Of a stretch of 64,000 nucleotides of DNA, positions 1 through 11,600 are shown one piece after another. The stretch is taken from contig NC_045707.1 of assembly GCF_009834535.1 (NCBI RefSeq), positions 12,586,001-12,650,000 of the forward strand, read 5' to 3'. The translations under genes were made by a program, and so were the position numbers. The notes beneath the pieces were generated by a model. The model searched no databases. It was not told the origin of the DNA and saw nothing but the letters and a program-made list of their open reading frames with translations. Each line of letters opens with the position of its first letter. Position 1 is the first letter of the stretch. Origin of the DNA: Camelus ferus (Eukaryota).

Positions 1-73
1 GGGGGTGTTGGCACCACCCTGGCGGGCAGCAGGTGTGAGGATGGCTAGCTGCCTGGGACAGGCTGACACTCAC

Positions 74-2307
74 AGGTGGGTGTCCTCCTGCGGCGGCTGT
101 TACCCAACTTCGCAGGCAGGTGAGCATCATCCAGGAGGGCGGTGGTGAGCACCAGGGTGAGCAGGTTGAAGAAGTTATAGTTGCCCGTGATGATAATCAG
201 GACTTGCAGCAAGACCTGGGGAGGGGCTGGACTCAGAGTTCCCAGGGCCGCCCCCTTCCTGGGCCCTTCAGAGCCTGCTTCCAGGCCCCTCTGCGCCCCA
301 CACCCGGGTCTCTCCTTCAGGCCCCTGTGCCCTCCTCATCACCTCCTGGCCTCTGCTGTTCCCACTCCAACTGTTCTCGCCCCCTGCTCACACCTTCCTT
401 GGCTCCTCACCAAGCTCAGCATGCCTCGTGTGGCCCTTCCCCACCTGCCCCTGCTAACTTAAGGTGAACAGCCTCCAGCGAGGCTGCAGCCTTGCCCCAC
501 AGGCACAGCTTCGTACCTCAAGCTAATGTGTTCCTCTGCCCATGAAGCCTTTCTGAAACTGCTGGCACCAGACACCCCATCCCCGCTCTCTGGGCCCTCT
601 GAGCAGTGCAGAAGAAGGCCATGTCTCTCTGATGGCTGAGGACCCCACCCACCTGGGAGTAAAAGGCAGCCAAGCGCAGGCGGCGAACAGGAGCGAAGAA
701 CAGAGGGGGCACTGCGATCTCGATGAGGAAGGTGGCCACCACGCAGAGCTTGTGCAGCCAGATAGGCAGGTGGTGGGCGAACCAGGAGGCTGGTGTGGGC
801 AGGCACTGCGTCTCATAGTGGTAGGTGAGGGCTGCAGGTAACAGGCAGGTGATCAGAGCTGGGCAGAGCCCCCAAGATGGCCCCATGTCCAGGCAGGGAC
901 CCTCACCGGTGAGCCCCCACCATGCGGGGCAACGGCTGGTCAGCTTGACCACGCCCGATGCAAACATGAGACGAAACAGCAGCCAGCGTACGAGCCAGAA
1001 GGGTAGGCCTTCGTGGGGTGAGGGCCCTGCCACCCTGCCCTGGGGAGCCTGCTTGTGGTGGGGGGGCTGCCTCAGAGGGGCCACTAGCACAGCCAGGAAC
1101 CCAGTCTCCAGCAGCAGGGAATCCCTGTGGGGAGAAAGAGTAGCACAAAGGGCCCCTCCCCATCAAGACTGCTCCCCCCGGGGGTCCTCCCAGAGAGACA
1201 AGCACCCCACCCATCCCACCCACCCAGCCTCCTGAAGCCCCACACCCAACAGTCACTCACCACTGGAAATAAAGAAACACCTGGCCCACCTGCAGGGAGA
1301 AGGGCTGTCAGGGAGCAGGGGGTGTGTGTCTGCAGAGGCAGGCAAGGCAGAGATGGGGTGGGGTGGAGGATGGATGGGCCTGGACTGAGTTGGTGACAAG
1401 GGTCCCAGAGGGGCACTTGCCTGGCAGGCAGACAGGTAGGCGGCCCAGAGCAGCAGGTAGGTGAGGAGGTGGCGCAGCTGGGGCAGCAGCAGTGCACCCA
1501 GGGCCAGCAGGGTGCCCAGCAGGCTCAGAAGCTCCAGGCCCTGGGCTGTGTCCAGCCCCAGCAGTGGCGCCTCCCAGAGCAGTGTCGGGGTCTCCCACAG
1601 CTGCTGCCAGCGTCCCTTTCCCTGCGGCCTCAGGGTCCTCCGTGCAGGGAGGATGCCCTCAGGACCATATAGGCCTGTGGGAGGGCATGTCAGGGCTAGG
1701 CCCTGGACACTGCCCACCAAGGTTAGACCGCCCCCACCTCCCCCTGAGACCTAGGTTATGACAGGCAGACTGCAGACTCTGCCCCCCCCCCACCCCCCGA
1801 TCAAGGCCTGCAGACTCTCCAGATCCACTCAGGCCAGAACCAGCTAACATCCCAACCAAGGTCAGGCCCCAGAAGGCCTGCTCGACTCCGCAGGTCAGGG
1901 TCTGCCACCAGCACATCCCTGTTCCCCTTTCCTTCAGGTCAGAGCCTTCTCTCTCACCAGCCCACTAGGTCTGGCCCACCCCCACCTCAGGTCACCCCCG
2001 CCGCAGGTCAGAACCCGGAACCCTACTGGAGACGGACCATTGCACACCTTCCCACCGCCCACACCCTCGCGGCCTGCAGAACACGAACCGCAGCCCCCTA
2101 CCCCAAGCATCAGGGCCTGGACCTCACCCCTCTACCCCGGGACAGCGGAGTGTCCGGTGGGGAGATGAGGGGTCATATGGCGCAGGCTGGGGGTGTCCCG
2201 CCCGCGCCCTCACCTGGGATCTGCGTGTAGAGGGAAGCGAAGGCAAACATGAAGACGGCAGCCATGCCCTGGAGAAAGAGCTGCCGTGGGAGCCGGGAGC
2301 CCGCCAT
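74..2307 (-). CDS. LMF2: Lipase maturation factor 2, coding exons 1-6; gene continues off the left edge
   Basis: Exons 2307-2214 (94 nt), 1674-1421 (254), 1289-1261 (29), 1124-907 (218), 831-653 (179), 215-74 (142) keep one frame. Translation: [44 protein letters not shown]...[19 protein letters not shown]...[18 protein letters not shown]...[10 protein letters not shown]. Splice sites are GT-AG except intron 2 (GC-AG). Confidence 0.96.
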
Positions 2308-2629
2308 GTCCGCTACGCGGCGGGCTGGACTGGAGCCCGGGGTCACGCCCGGCCCCGCCCCGCTCCGCGGCGGCAACTGCAAACCCCGCCCACCCGTCCC
2401 CACGCCGGCACACGCCCCGCCCCCACACGTGCCCCGCCCCCCCGCGCGCTGAGGTCACTTCCGTCGCGCTTCGGCCGCTGTACGTCAGAGGTGTGCGCGG
2501 GTCGCCCTGAGCTACATCGTTTCCTGGGCGGGAACAGCAAAATGGCGCCAGAACTAGTGGCGGGCTGAGGCTACTGGCCCCCTCCAAGCCGGAGCTGTGG
2601 TCCCCGGGCCGACCCGGCCCCTCCCGGAC
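2308..2629. promoter_or_regulatory. CpG-island bidirectional promoter shared by LMF2 and NCAPH2
   Basis: Head-to-head ATGs at 2307 (-) and 2630 (+). Several CCCCGCCCC GC boxes (about 2350-2445), CACTTCCG ETS/GABP-like site (2456-2463), TACGTCA CRE-like half site (about 2480), CAAAATGGCG YY1-like site (2538-2547). Confidence 0.85.
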
Positions 2630-5600
2630 ATGGAGGACGTGGAGGCGCGCTTCGCCCACCTCCTACAGCCCATTCGGGACCTCACCAAGAACTGGGAGGT
2701 GGACGTGGCGGCCCAGCTGGGCGAATATCTGGAGGAGGTGAGGGCGGCCCCCGGGGAGTGGCGCGGGGCGCGAGCTGCCGGGCATCCCCGCCGCCTCCTG
2801 GTGTGTGTCCGTCCGGCGCTCTAACCGCACTCGTCCTCAGGCTCGTTTCTTTTATCCATTTCTGCCCCGAGAAGACATCCCTTATTAGATTAAGCTGGAA
2901 CTGTCATTACAGGTCCAGTGAGCACTGAAATTGGTTTAGTGGGTGGTGACCAGCACTTTTCTATAATAGAGTAGAATAGAATTTGTGTGCATGTTTGGGT
3001 GTGTGAGAGATCTGGATCATGATATAAGAGATTTCTTATCTTAGATTTTCAAACCAGTTTCAGGCTACTGCCATGTTCATCGCATCACTATTAATCTTTT
3101 CTCCATATTTGACAACTATGTCTAGACCTCGTTAAGGAGCTGTCCGCCGCATTTCTGTACTTCACTTTTACTCCTCAGCGCACTTGTGTTGCTCTTGCTT
3201 AGATCAGTAATGACCTCCCTCTTACCAAATCCAAGGGTCACCACAAGTGTCATCCTAGCAGCATTTGTTGGGCTGACCACACCCTCTTTTTTGAAACAGG
3301 TTTTGGTATTCTGATTTTCTTCTAATTTCATTGCTGACTGTTTCTCTCCAGTCTCAGTGTTGAGCTCCTCAGGGTGTGGTCTGAGCCATCTCTCTACACA
3401 CTTCCCCTAAACAATCTAATTTATTTCCATGACTTTAGGTATCTCGTGTATGAGGACAACTCCTAAATTGGTTTATTTTCCCCCTGCCCTCCTCCCATTT
3501 ATATTTACATTCCAGGCCTTTTCTCTGAATCTGTTTTGTGTTTACAGCTACATCTTGACGTTCCACTTAGATGTCACACAAGCATCTCAGACTTAATATA
3601 CTTAAAGGAAAGCTCTTTATTTTCCTGCTCAAATCCCAGTGTTCCTGATCCTGGTACATGGCACCACTGTTAACCAAGGGAAAGCTAAGAAAAGCACACT
3701 CCACACCAGTTCACCCATGAGTTCTGTCAGTTATGCCATCAGAATTTCACTTGAATTCACCCGTTTTCCTTTTTCTCTGGTTCAGGCCACCCTCTGGCTC
3801 AGATTCATGTAAAAACCTTCCTTCCCAGACTCCCTACTGTTGTTTTTGGCCCTATGCAATTCATGCTCCACCCAGCTACAAGTATTATTCTTTAAAGTTA
3901 AAATCAGACTACAGCACTGCCCTGGCTAAAACCTCTCAGTGGCTTTCCACTGCTCTCAGAATAAAATCCAAACTTCCTTCTCTGGGAGTGAGAGGAACAG
4001 CTCAGTGGTGGATTAGCTCTGCACGAGGTCCTGAGTTCAATCCCCGGTACCTTCATTAAAAATAAACAAGTAAATCAACCTAATACCCACCACCCCCAAA
4101 TAAAAAACAAACCTCCCTTCTCTGAATCTGGCATTGCTCACTGCTTTCGCCTTGTCTTAGGCTCTTCACCTGTTCTTTCCAGCCAGTTAGTCTACAACAC
4201 CCAAGCTCATTCTTTGCTGAGGGTTTTTATATTTTTTGCCTTTGCTGGGGAATATTCTTCGCCAGTTCTTTTTATGACTGATTCCTTGTTGTCCTGTATG
4301 TTTCACTGTAAATGCCAGCTGACCACTGTGTCTAAAATAGTTCTCTCTGGTAGTGCCTTCTGTATTTTAGAATGCTCATTACAGGCTGTTCTGTACCTTG
4401 TTTGTGGTCTGTTTCCACGCCAGCATGTAAATTCTGGGAGGACAGGGACCATGTTCATGCGCTCTTCCCTTTGCTTAATAGAACGCCTAGCACATAGTAG
4501 GTGCAGAATAAATGTTTGTTAAAAGAACAGTTGATCTGATGATGGGCCCTACATGCTTGAACGTACAATCTCCTGAGAGAATGCAGAGAACTGTGCCAGG
4601 TGGGGCTACTGCAAATTCAGGCTTCCACATGGAGCAGGGTGCTTGGGGGTGCCTGGTAAACCTACTTCCTTTCTTGGTCAGCTCCCCTCCTGCTTCGTAG
4701 GTCTGCTTTTCCAAACCTTCTCTGCCCTGTGAAGCCCTGGTTTCCCTGCCTCTGGTTTTGTTTTCCTCCTCCTTTCATTTTACACACAGCTACCAGAATA
4801 CTTTTCTTCTTTTTTTAAAAACACATTTTATGTTGTAGTTCTCTCTCATCCATTTATTGACTCATAAGTGTTGACTGTTGTGTGCTAAGAACCATCAAAC
4901 ACTGAGGAAACAGTGGCAAGCGAACAGCAGTCCCTGCTTCATTCTTGTGGGAAGTTGGATCTAATGCAGTAACCACCCAGAGTTGTAAACATAACATGCA
5001 TTCAGTGCTCACTCAAGCACTGTTTTATGTGCTTTGTGTATATAAAGTCATTTCATCCTCACGAGAGCCCTGTTAGTACAGATACCGGTTCTACAGAGGG
5101 GTAGAGAGGTTAAATGCTCAAAGTCCTGGCTAGCAGGTGCCAGAGCAGAGCCCACCCTCCTCCCCACTCGTGTGTCTTTGTGTAACCACAAACTGCTGAG
5201 AGGTTTGAAAAGAAAGTTGAGGGTTCCATGAGGAGTTTGACTGGGGGACCTAACTTTGGTTTCCTTTTTTTTGTGCCTGTGACCTAACTTTGGGATGAAA
5301 GATGTGGCCTTGTAGCGAGCTGAAAAGTGTTCTATGGTTCTGGGGCGGAACGTGCTTGGCACCGGGGAGGGCCGAGGACTGGAGGGGAGTCTTGTCAGAT
5401 GGGGGCTCTGTTTAGGGTTAGGGTTTTTTTCTAAGAGTGGCTGAAGCCTGTTAGGGTTCTGAGTGGGGTGAGGTAATCTACCTCAGATCTTAAGACAAGC
5501 GCTAGCTGGCGTGTGAGGAGGTGAGTGGAAGGCAGGAGAATCCAGTTAGTGCTGGCGGCAGGCCAGAGGTGAGGCTGGCTGAGCGAGAGTCCGGGCACTG

Positions 5601-8600
5601 TGGAGAGGAGCCGGCTGGCAGGATGAAGCGGAACATGGGATCGGCGTGACCTGGGCAGAGGTTGGACAGGGACTGTGAGAGAAGGCGAGAAGGAGCTAAG
5701 AGCCCAGGTCTCTAGTGGGTGGCTGGGCGGGCGGGCAGTGGACAGCTAGAGAGCAGTGTGAACCTGTTGAGTGAGAGTTCCGATTAAGACATCCCAGTGG
5801 AGTTTGAAGAAGGCAGTTGGACGTAAGGGTTGGGCTTCAGTGGGAGGTCCAACCTGGAGTGTGCATTTAGGAGTCGTTACAAGGTGAATGGAATGTGAGG
5901 TCCTGGGAGCGTTGGAGGAAAGGGCCACCTCCTCAGCTCAGAGCCCGGGAGGCCTGGCTTCCCTCTCCTTCTGTCCCCTCCCTGCACGTCCACACATCCA
6001 GGATGCTCTGCACTCCCCCGGACCGGTGTGCTCCTGTTTCCTCTCCTTCCCAGACTGACCTCGCAGACTCCCTCTGTCCTCAGGAACGTGTGCCAGAGTG
6101 GGGCCCCAGCCCCGCCTCTCTCCCAGCACGCCCTTTGCTTTGGACGTGTTTGCGTGATACTTGTTTTCCTAACTAGTTGAGTCCTGTGTCTGCTGAGTGC
6201 CTTTGTGTGGTGGCCGCTCTTCCCGAAAGGCCTTTCCCTCCCCCTGCCCCGGGAGCAGGCTCTCCCGTCTGTCTCAGCCCCGACACCACCACTTTGTTCA
6301 TCACACCGTGACTGGACTAGAGGCTGGAGTTACCCTAACATTGCTCACAGTCCCCTGGGGGAGGAGAGACCCCCAACAGTGTGACAGGACCACCCAGATA
6401 GGGCAGCAAGGCCTAAGGCATGTCCGAGGGAGACTGAAGAGTTTATAGTGGGCATGGCTGGGGGTGGGTGTTCCAGGCAGATGGAGATCAAAGGTGAAGA
6501 GCTTGAAAACCATGTTGGGCCTTCAAAGTATTGACCCCGAGAAGAGTAGGGGAGGGGCCAGGCTGTGGGGAAGACCCTGAGTTACAGGTGGAGATAAAGT
6601 CTGGGGACAGTGGCATCTCAGTGGCGGTACCTAGTGGGCAGCAGCTGATGAGAGAGCTGGTCTAGATGGGCTTGGAAACTGTTGGCATACAGTCGGTGGA
6701 CACAGACATTTAATGGGTGGTTACAAATGGGACTCGGGAGGCTGGGAGAGTTGGATGCTGCAGAGAACAGAGGGCTCACTTGAAAGCATTTCCTGAGTTT
6801 TTTGCTCAGAGGATTGAGATCCCAGTGTTTTATCTCTGTCTGCCTCACCCTAGAGGCTCCCCAGTCCTTCTCCCAGGGTGGGGGTCTTCCTGCCAGTCTG
6901 CCCAACTTGGCCTCGACTAGGAGGGACGCGGTATGGAGCACCTCCAGAGAGGAGCTGGTGTGTAGCTCTGGTTGTTTGTGGATGATGCACTCTAGGGGCC
7001 TCCCTCTTCCAAAACACCAGGTCTCGGAGGTCACAGGAAGTAGGGGAAATCATGGAGATCTGTCTTTCTGTCCCCCAAAGTGGACAACTCGTGAGTCCCA
7101 AACAGCCAGAGCTGTCAGTCTGAGGGCTGCTCTTGGGACCCGTCAGGGAGAGGTATGTGTAGACTCGCTTCCCACCACCCTGCTCTTGTGTCTTGCAGCT
7201 GGACCAGATCTGCATCTCTTTTGATGAAGGCAAAACCACAATGAACTTCACTGAGGCCGCACTGCTGATCCAGGGCTCCGCCTGTGTTTACAGTAAGAAG
7301 GTGGGTCCCACTGGCCCTTGGTCTTGGCATTTTAGTATCCAATGGGACCGAGGTCTGTGGTCCTGCTGGGGCAGGTGACAGGCTCCCCATCTCTGACCTG
7401 CCTCCTCTATGATTCCTTGCGACCTTTTAATGCCAAAGAACAAGCTTGAATTTAAAATCGCAGGGCTCACTTCCAGACACCCAGCAGTGTACAGGAGAGC
7501 CTCATACAACAAAGGCTCACCCAGTCCAAGGTGGCAGGAGTCCGCACTCTGTTGTAGAGTAAGGAAAAGCAGAACCACTGGGGAAAACCAGTGTTTGGGA
7601 CACGCCCACGAGAAGGAAAGGTCGGAGGAAGGTAACTCAAGAAAAGTCCAGTTGTGGAAGTCAGAGCAACAGGGAATCTCAAGGCTGAAGAAAAAAGACC
7701 AAAAAGGTTGAAGTTAATTCGATCCATACAGTAAGGACTTCCAGGTATCTGTGGGGTCTGCAGTGAGAAAGTCGCCAGGGAGTTTAGTGAATGGAGAGCC
7801 AGACTGCTGGAGATGGGGGGTAATGAGAGATGAGAAAGGACACAGTAAATGTGGGTTCCTCTTGAGAAATTTTACTGAAAGGGAGGGAAGAGATTGGGTG
7901 GTAACTAAAGCAGTGGCTCTCCACCCAGGCTCCAGTTGGGATGGCTACCAGGGCCTGGACCGCACCCAACAGAGTAAAGCAGATCCAGAATCCCGGGGGT
8001 GGGGGGCACACAGGCAGGTAGCAGGATTTCTTGAAATATCCTCAGTGACGGCCAGGAGCGAAAACCACAGAGCTAGGGGTGGCTGGCCTGGGTTGGGGGG
8101 ACAGGGAAGGGGAGCAGGGAGAGGAAAATGGGTGAGACAGAGTCCCAGGGTCAGGGATCTGGGCTGACCGGCTTGCCTTGAAGAGGGAAAGACACCTCCT
8201 CTCAAGACACAGGGGAGACGAATGTCTATGTAGCAAAGTTGGGCACCGGCTCTGGGGGTTCATGCCAAAGGTCCTGGTCTTCATGATGGAGAATGTAAGT
8301 CAACTACTGACCATCAGTGACTGGATAGAAATTTGGAGAGTGAAGTTTGGCAAAAGTTCAACATTTTTTTTTTTGCTGAGGGGAATGCAAAATAAAAGGT
8401 TAATGGAAAGCATTGCTAGTCTGGGGAAGAGCCCATGCACCATGCTGTCTGCACGGGGACCAGTGGCCACATTTATGAGACTTCCCTCCAGCAGTGCTCA
8501 GCTGCCCCGAGTATGAGAGCGAGGATTGTGGACCACAGTGCTGGTCCAAAACTGGCATCTAGTTGGGGGGTGGGGACTAAAAGGTGCCCAGGAGGGGAGA

Positions 8601-11600
8601 GTTCAGGAGTGTACTGAGGAGCTTGGTAGTGGGGTCCCAACCAGACAGGAGGGAAAGTAGCCCATGTGTGTGGGGTGGAGTGGACCTACCTCGGCACCAG
8701 GAGACATCAAGACAGTCTGAGATTTCGTTGGTGTTTGTCCTGCATAATTCCATGAAGTCAGATTCCTGTATCTTGTGCTTGTCTTAAGGAGGAGTGTCTA
8801 CAACTAACTTTGAAAGCAGAAAACGTAAGGTGAACTGATAGACAAATATGTGGTGAAACAAGTGTAGTGACACGTTAGCATGGGGTCTGCAAGGCGTGTG
8901 TGAGGTGTGCAGGCCGTAGTCAGCACTGACCAGTGGGCTTTCTGGGGGGATGGAAGTATGATCTGTGCTGTCATGTATGTGTGCTCCTGAGCCCCTGAGA
9001 CATGGCCAGTGTGACGGAAGAGTCTTGAGTTTTACTCACTTTAAATTAAACTTGAATCGATAAAGCCACACGTGGCTGAGGCTGCTGTGTTCGGTAGTGC
9101 AGCGCTGGACTCCTGCACCCCCGGGCGCAGGTCCCTGGGCTCCCACAGACCGAGGTTACCTTGTTTCCGAGTCTCAGTTGACCCTCGTGCACAGTGAGAA
9201 TAGCAAGAGCTGGTGACTCGGACAGATGAGATGAGACGAAGCAGAGGCCCGTGTGTGTCGCAGACACCTGCAGAAGCGCATGTGTATTGTTTCTGGCACG
9301 TGGGATCTGTGGGTCAGGTTTTGCTCGCTATTGTGTTAGGCATGTCAGCCTGGAGGGAGTAGCCCAGAGGCAGCCCTTATCCCTGCCCTACTGGTGAGTG
9401 CTTTGTGGTCAGGATCTGGAAAATCCCAACCCTCACCCTGACAGTGGGGCATCCCAGACTGTGGCTGGAGCTGTGCTGGGGCCAGTGGAGACTCACAGGT
9501 GCCCCTGGGAGGGGGAGGCGGCAGGCTGAGCCTGCAGGGGCAGTGCATGGGGTGCTGGCTGGGGGCAGCACGGATGCAGGCTGCAGGCAGGCTGGTTGGG
9601 GTGCCTAGAGGGAGGGCACACAGGGCTGCGTTTGGAGCGGGGTGGGTGCCATGCACTGCAGTGGCCACGCCTGCTGCTGCTGTGTGGTGTGAGGGGACAG
9701 AAGAGGAGCAGCAGGGAGCTTCGGCCCTCAGTTCTGATGAAATGTACTGGTTCAATTGAAGAAGTGCTTTTGGCAGCCAGATTGGGTGGAATTGTGCTGG
9801 AGGTTTTGGAGAGGGCCCTGAGCATTTTGGGCGGGACCCTCTGTTCTGCGTCCTCAAGTCTTACTTATGGTTGGCAGGTGGAATACCTCTACTCGCTGGT
9901 CTACCAGGCTCTCGATTTCATCTCCGGCAAGAAGTGAGTACTAGAAGCACACGGCAGGAGATGGGGCCTGCGTGTCTGCTGTGTGTGGGGCGGGGAGGTC
10001 CTGCAGCCTCAGTGATGCTCACACGCTGACTCTCTCTCAGGCGGGCCAAGCAGCTCTCCTCTGCCCGGGAAGACGGGGCCGACGGGGATGGCAGCTCTAG
10101 GGCCCCCAGGGAGGAGGATGAGGTGAGATTTTTGGGGTGCGTGGCGTTGGCCGCTGCACCTGCTGGGCACACCCCTGAGCTCTTGGTCTCCCCACAGTTC
10201 CTGTTGCTGGATGACCTCCCCGAATCCCGCACTAACGTGGATCTGAGGGGTGATCAGGCCCCCAGTGTGAGTGCCCCTCCCCTGTGGGTGGGGGCCACAC
10301 TTAGCTGATGGGGGTGTTGGAAGGTGGTGTCGTGCACATGGGCTCCCTGCCCAGATCCACGGCCCACCTGTTCTCGGCCTCTGTGCAGGACACCCTCATC
10401 GTCCCCCTCCTGCCTATGGCCCTGGTAGCCCCGGATGAGATGGAGAAGAACAGTAACCCCCTATACAGGTGGGGGCCTGAGCCCAGTGGGCGGGGGCTGG
10501 GGTATGCTGGGAGGGGGCTCTACTGCCTGTGTTTCTGCTAGCACAGCTGTCATGGGGAGGTCCTGGCCAGCCGGAAGGATTTCAGGATGAATACGTGCAC
10601 CCCCCACCCCGGAGGAGCCTTCATGTTGGAGCCAGGGGGCATGTCCCCTATGGAGGCCCTGCTGCCGAGGGACCAGAAGTGTGAGGCTTGGGCACCAGGG
10701 GCCTGGTGGGAAGGCAGGGTCTTTGGGGTGGGCTATTTGTCAGGTACCCTGTGCTCACCAGCTCTGGATCTGGGAGTCCCTCCCTCACCGGGCACCCACT
10801 CTGAAGACAGGGCCCCTTTGCCCATCTTTGCCCACAGCCAGTTCCGTCCCAGGGTGCCTGAGTCCTGCACCTGCGCTGTGCTCCCCTCCCCAGCCCTGGC
10901 TCTGCCGGGCCCCTGGGAGGGGCCTTCTGCAGGGGAGTTGGGCCTACCCCGTTCAATCCCCCGTCTTTCCTAGTGGCTGGGAGGGCTGAGGAGCAGCCAA
11001 TGGAAGTCTCTGTGTGCAGAAGTCTGGCCCCTGTACTCAGCGTCTCCCAGGAGCCAGGTGAGGAGAGAGCTCCCTGGTGGACTTGTGGGTGGGAGTAGGG
11101 GGACTCTGCTTGGGGTTGCACTCAGGCAGCCCAGCCTGCCCACCTCTGCCCCCTTGTTGAGGGTGAGGCATTGGGGCAGGCCTCTGAGGTTTGGACCCAC
11201 CCCCTCCTCTCCAGGCAGACATAGGTGGCAGCATTTAAAGAGGAAAATTTCTAACGCATAAAATGAACCAAATGAGACGCAGCAGCAGATGAGAGTGTAA
11301 CATGCTCTGCTGTTCTCTCTGGTTCTGACAGATGCAGCTGAGGGGGAGGCAGCTCCCCATTTGCTGTCTGGTCTTCAGGCTCCCTGGGACTGACCAGTTT
11401 CTTGCTTCCCTGCCCAGGCACCTCTCTGGAAGGCCCAGTGCCTGGATATAGGGATGACGAAGAGGATGCAGAGGGGGCGGCAGTGCTCCCTGAGGCCGTG
11501 GCCCCCGAGGTCCCTATGGAGCCCCAGGAGCCCAGGAGTCCAGAGCAGGTGGGACCCACAGTGAGGCCTGCCAAGCTTCAGCCCTCAGCCAGGCCAGCCC

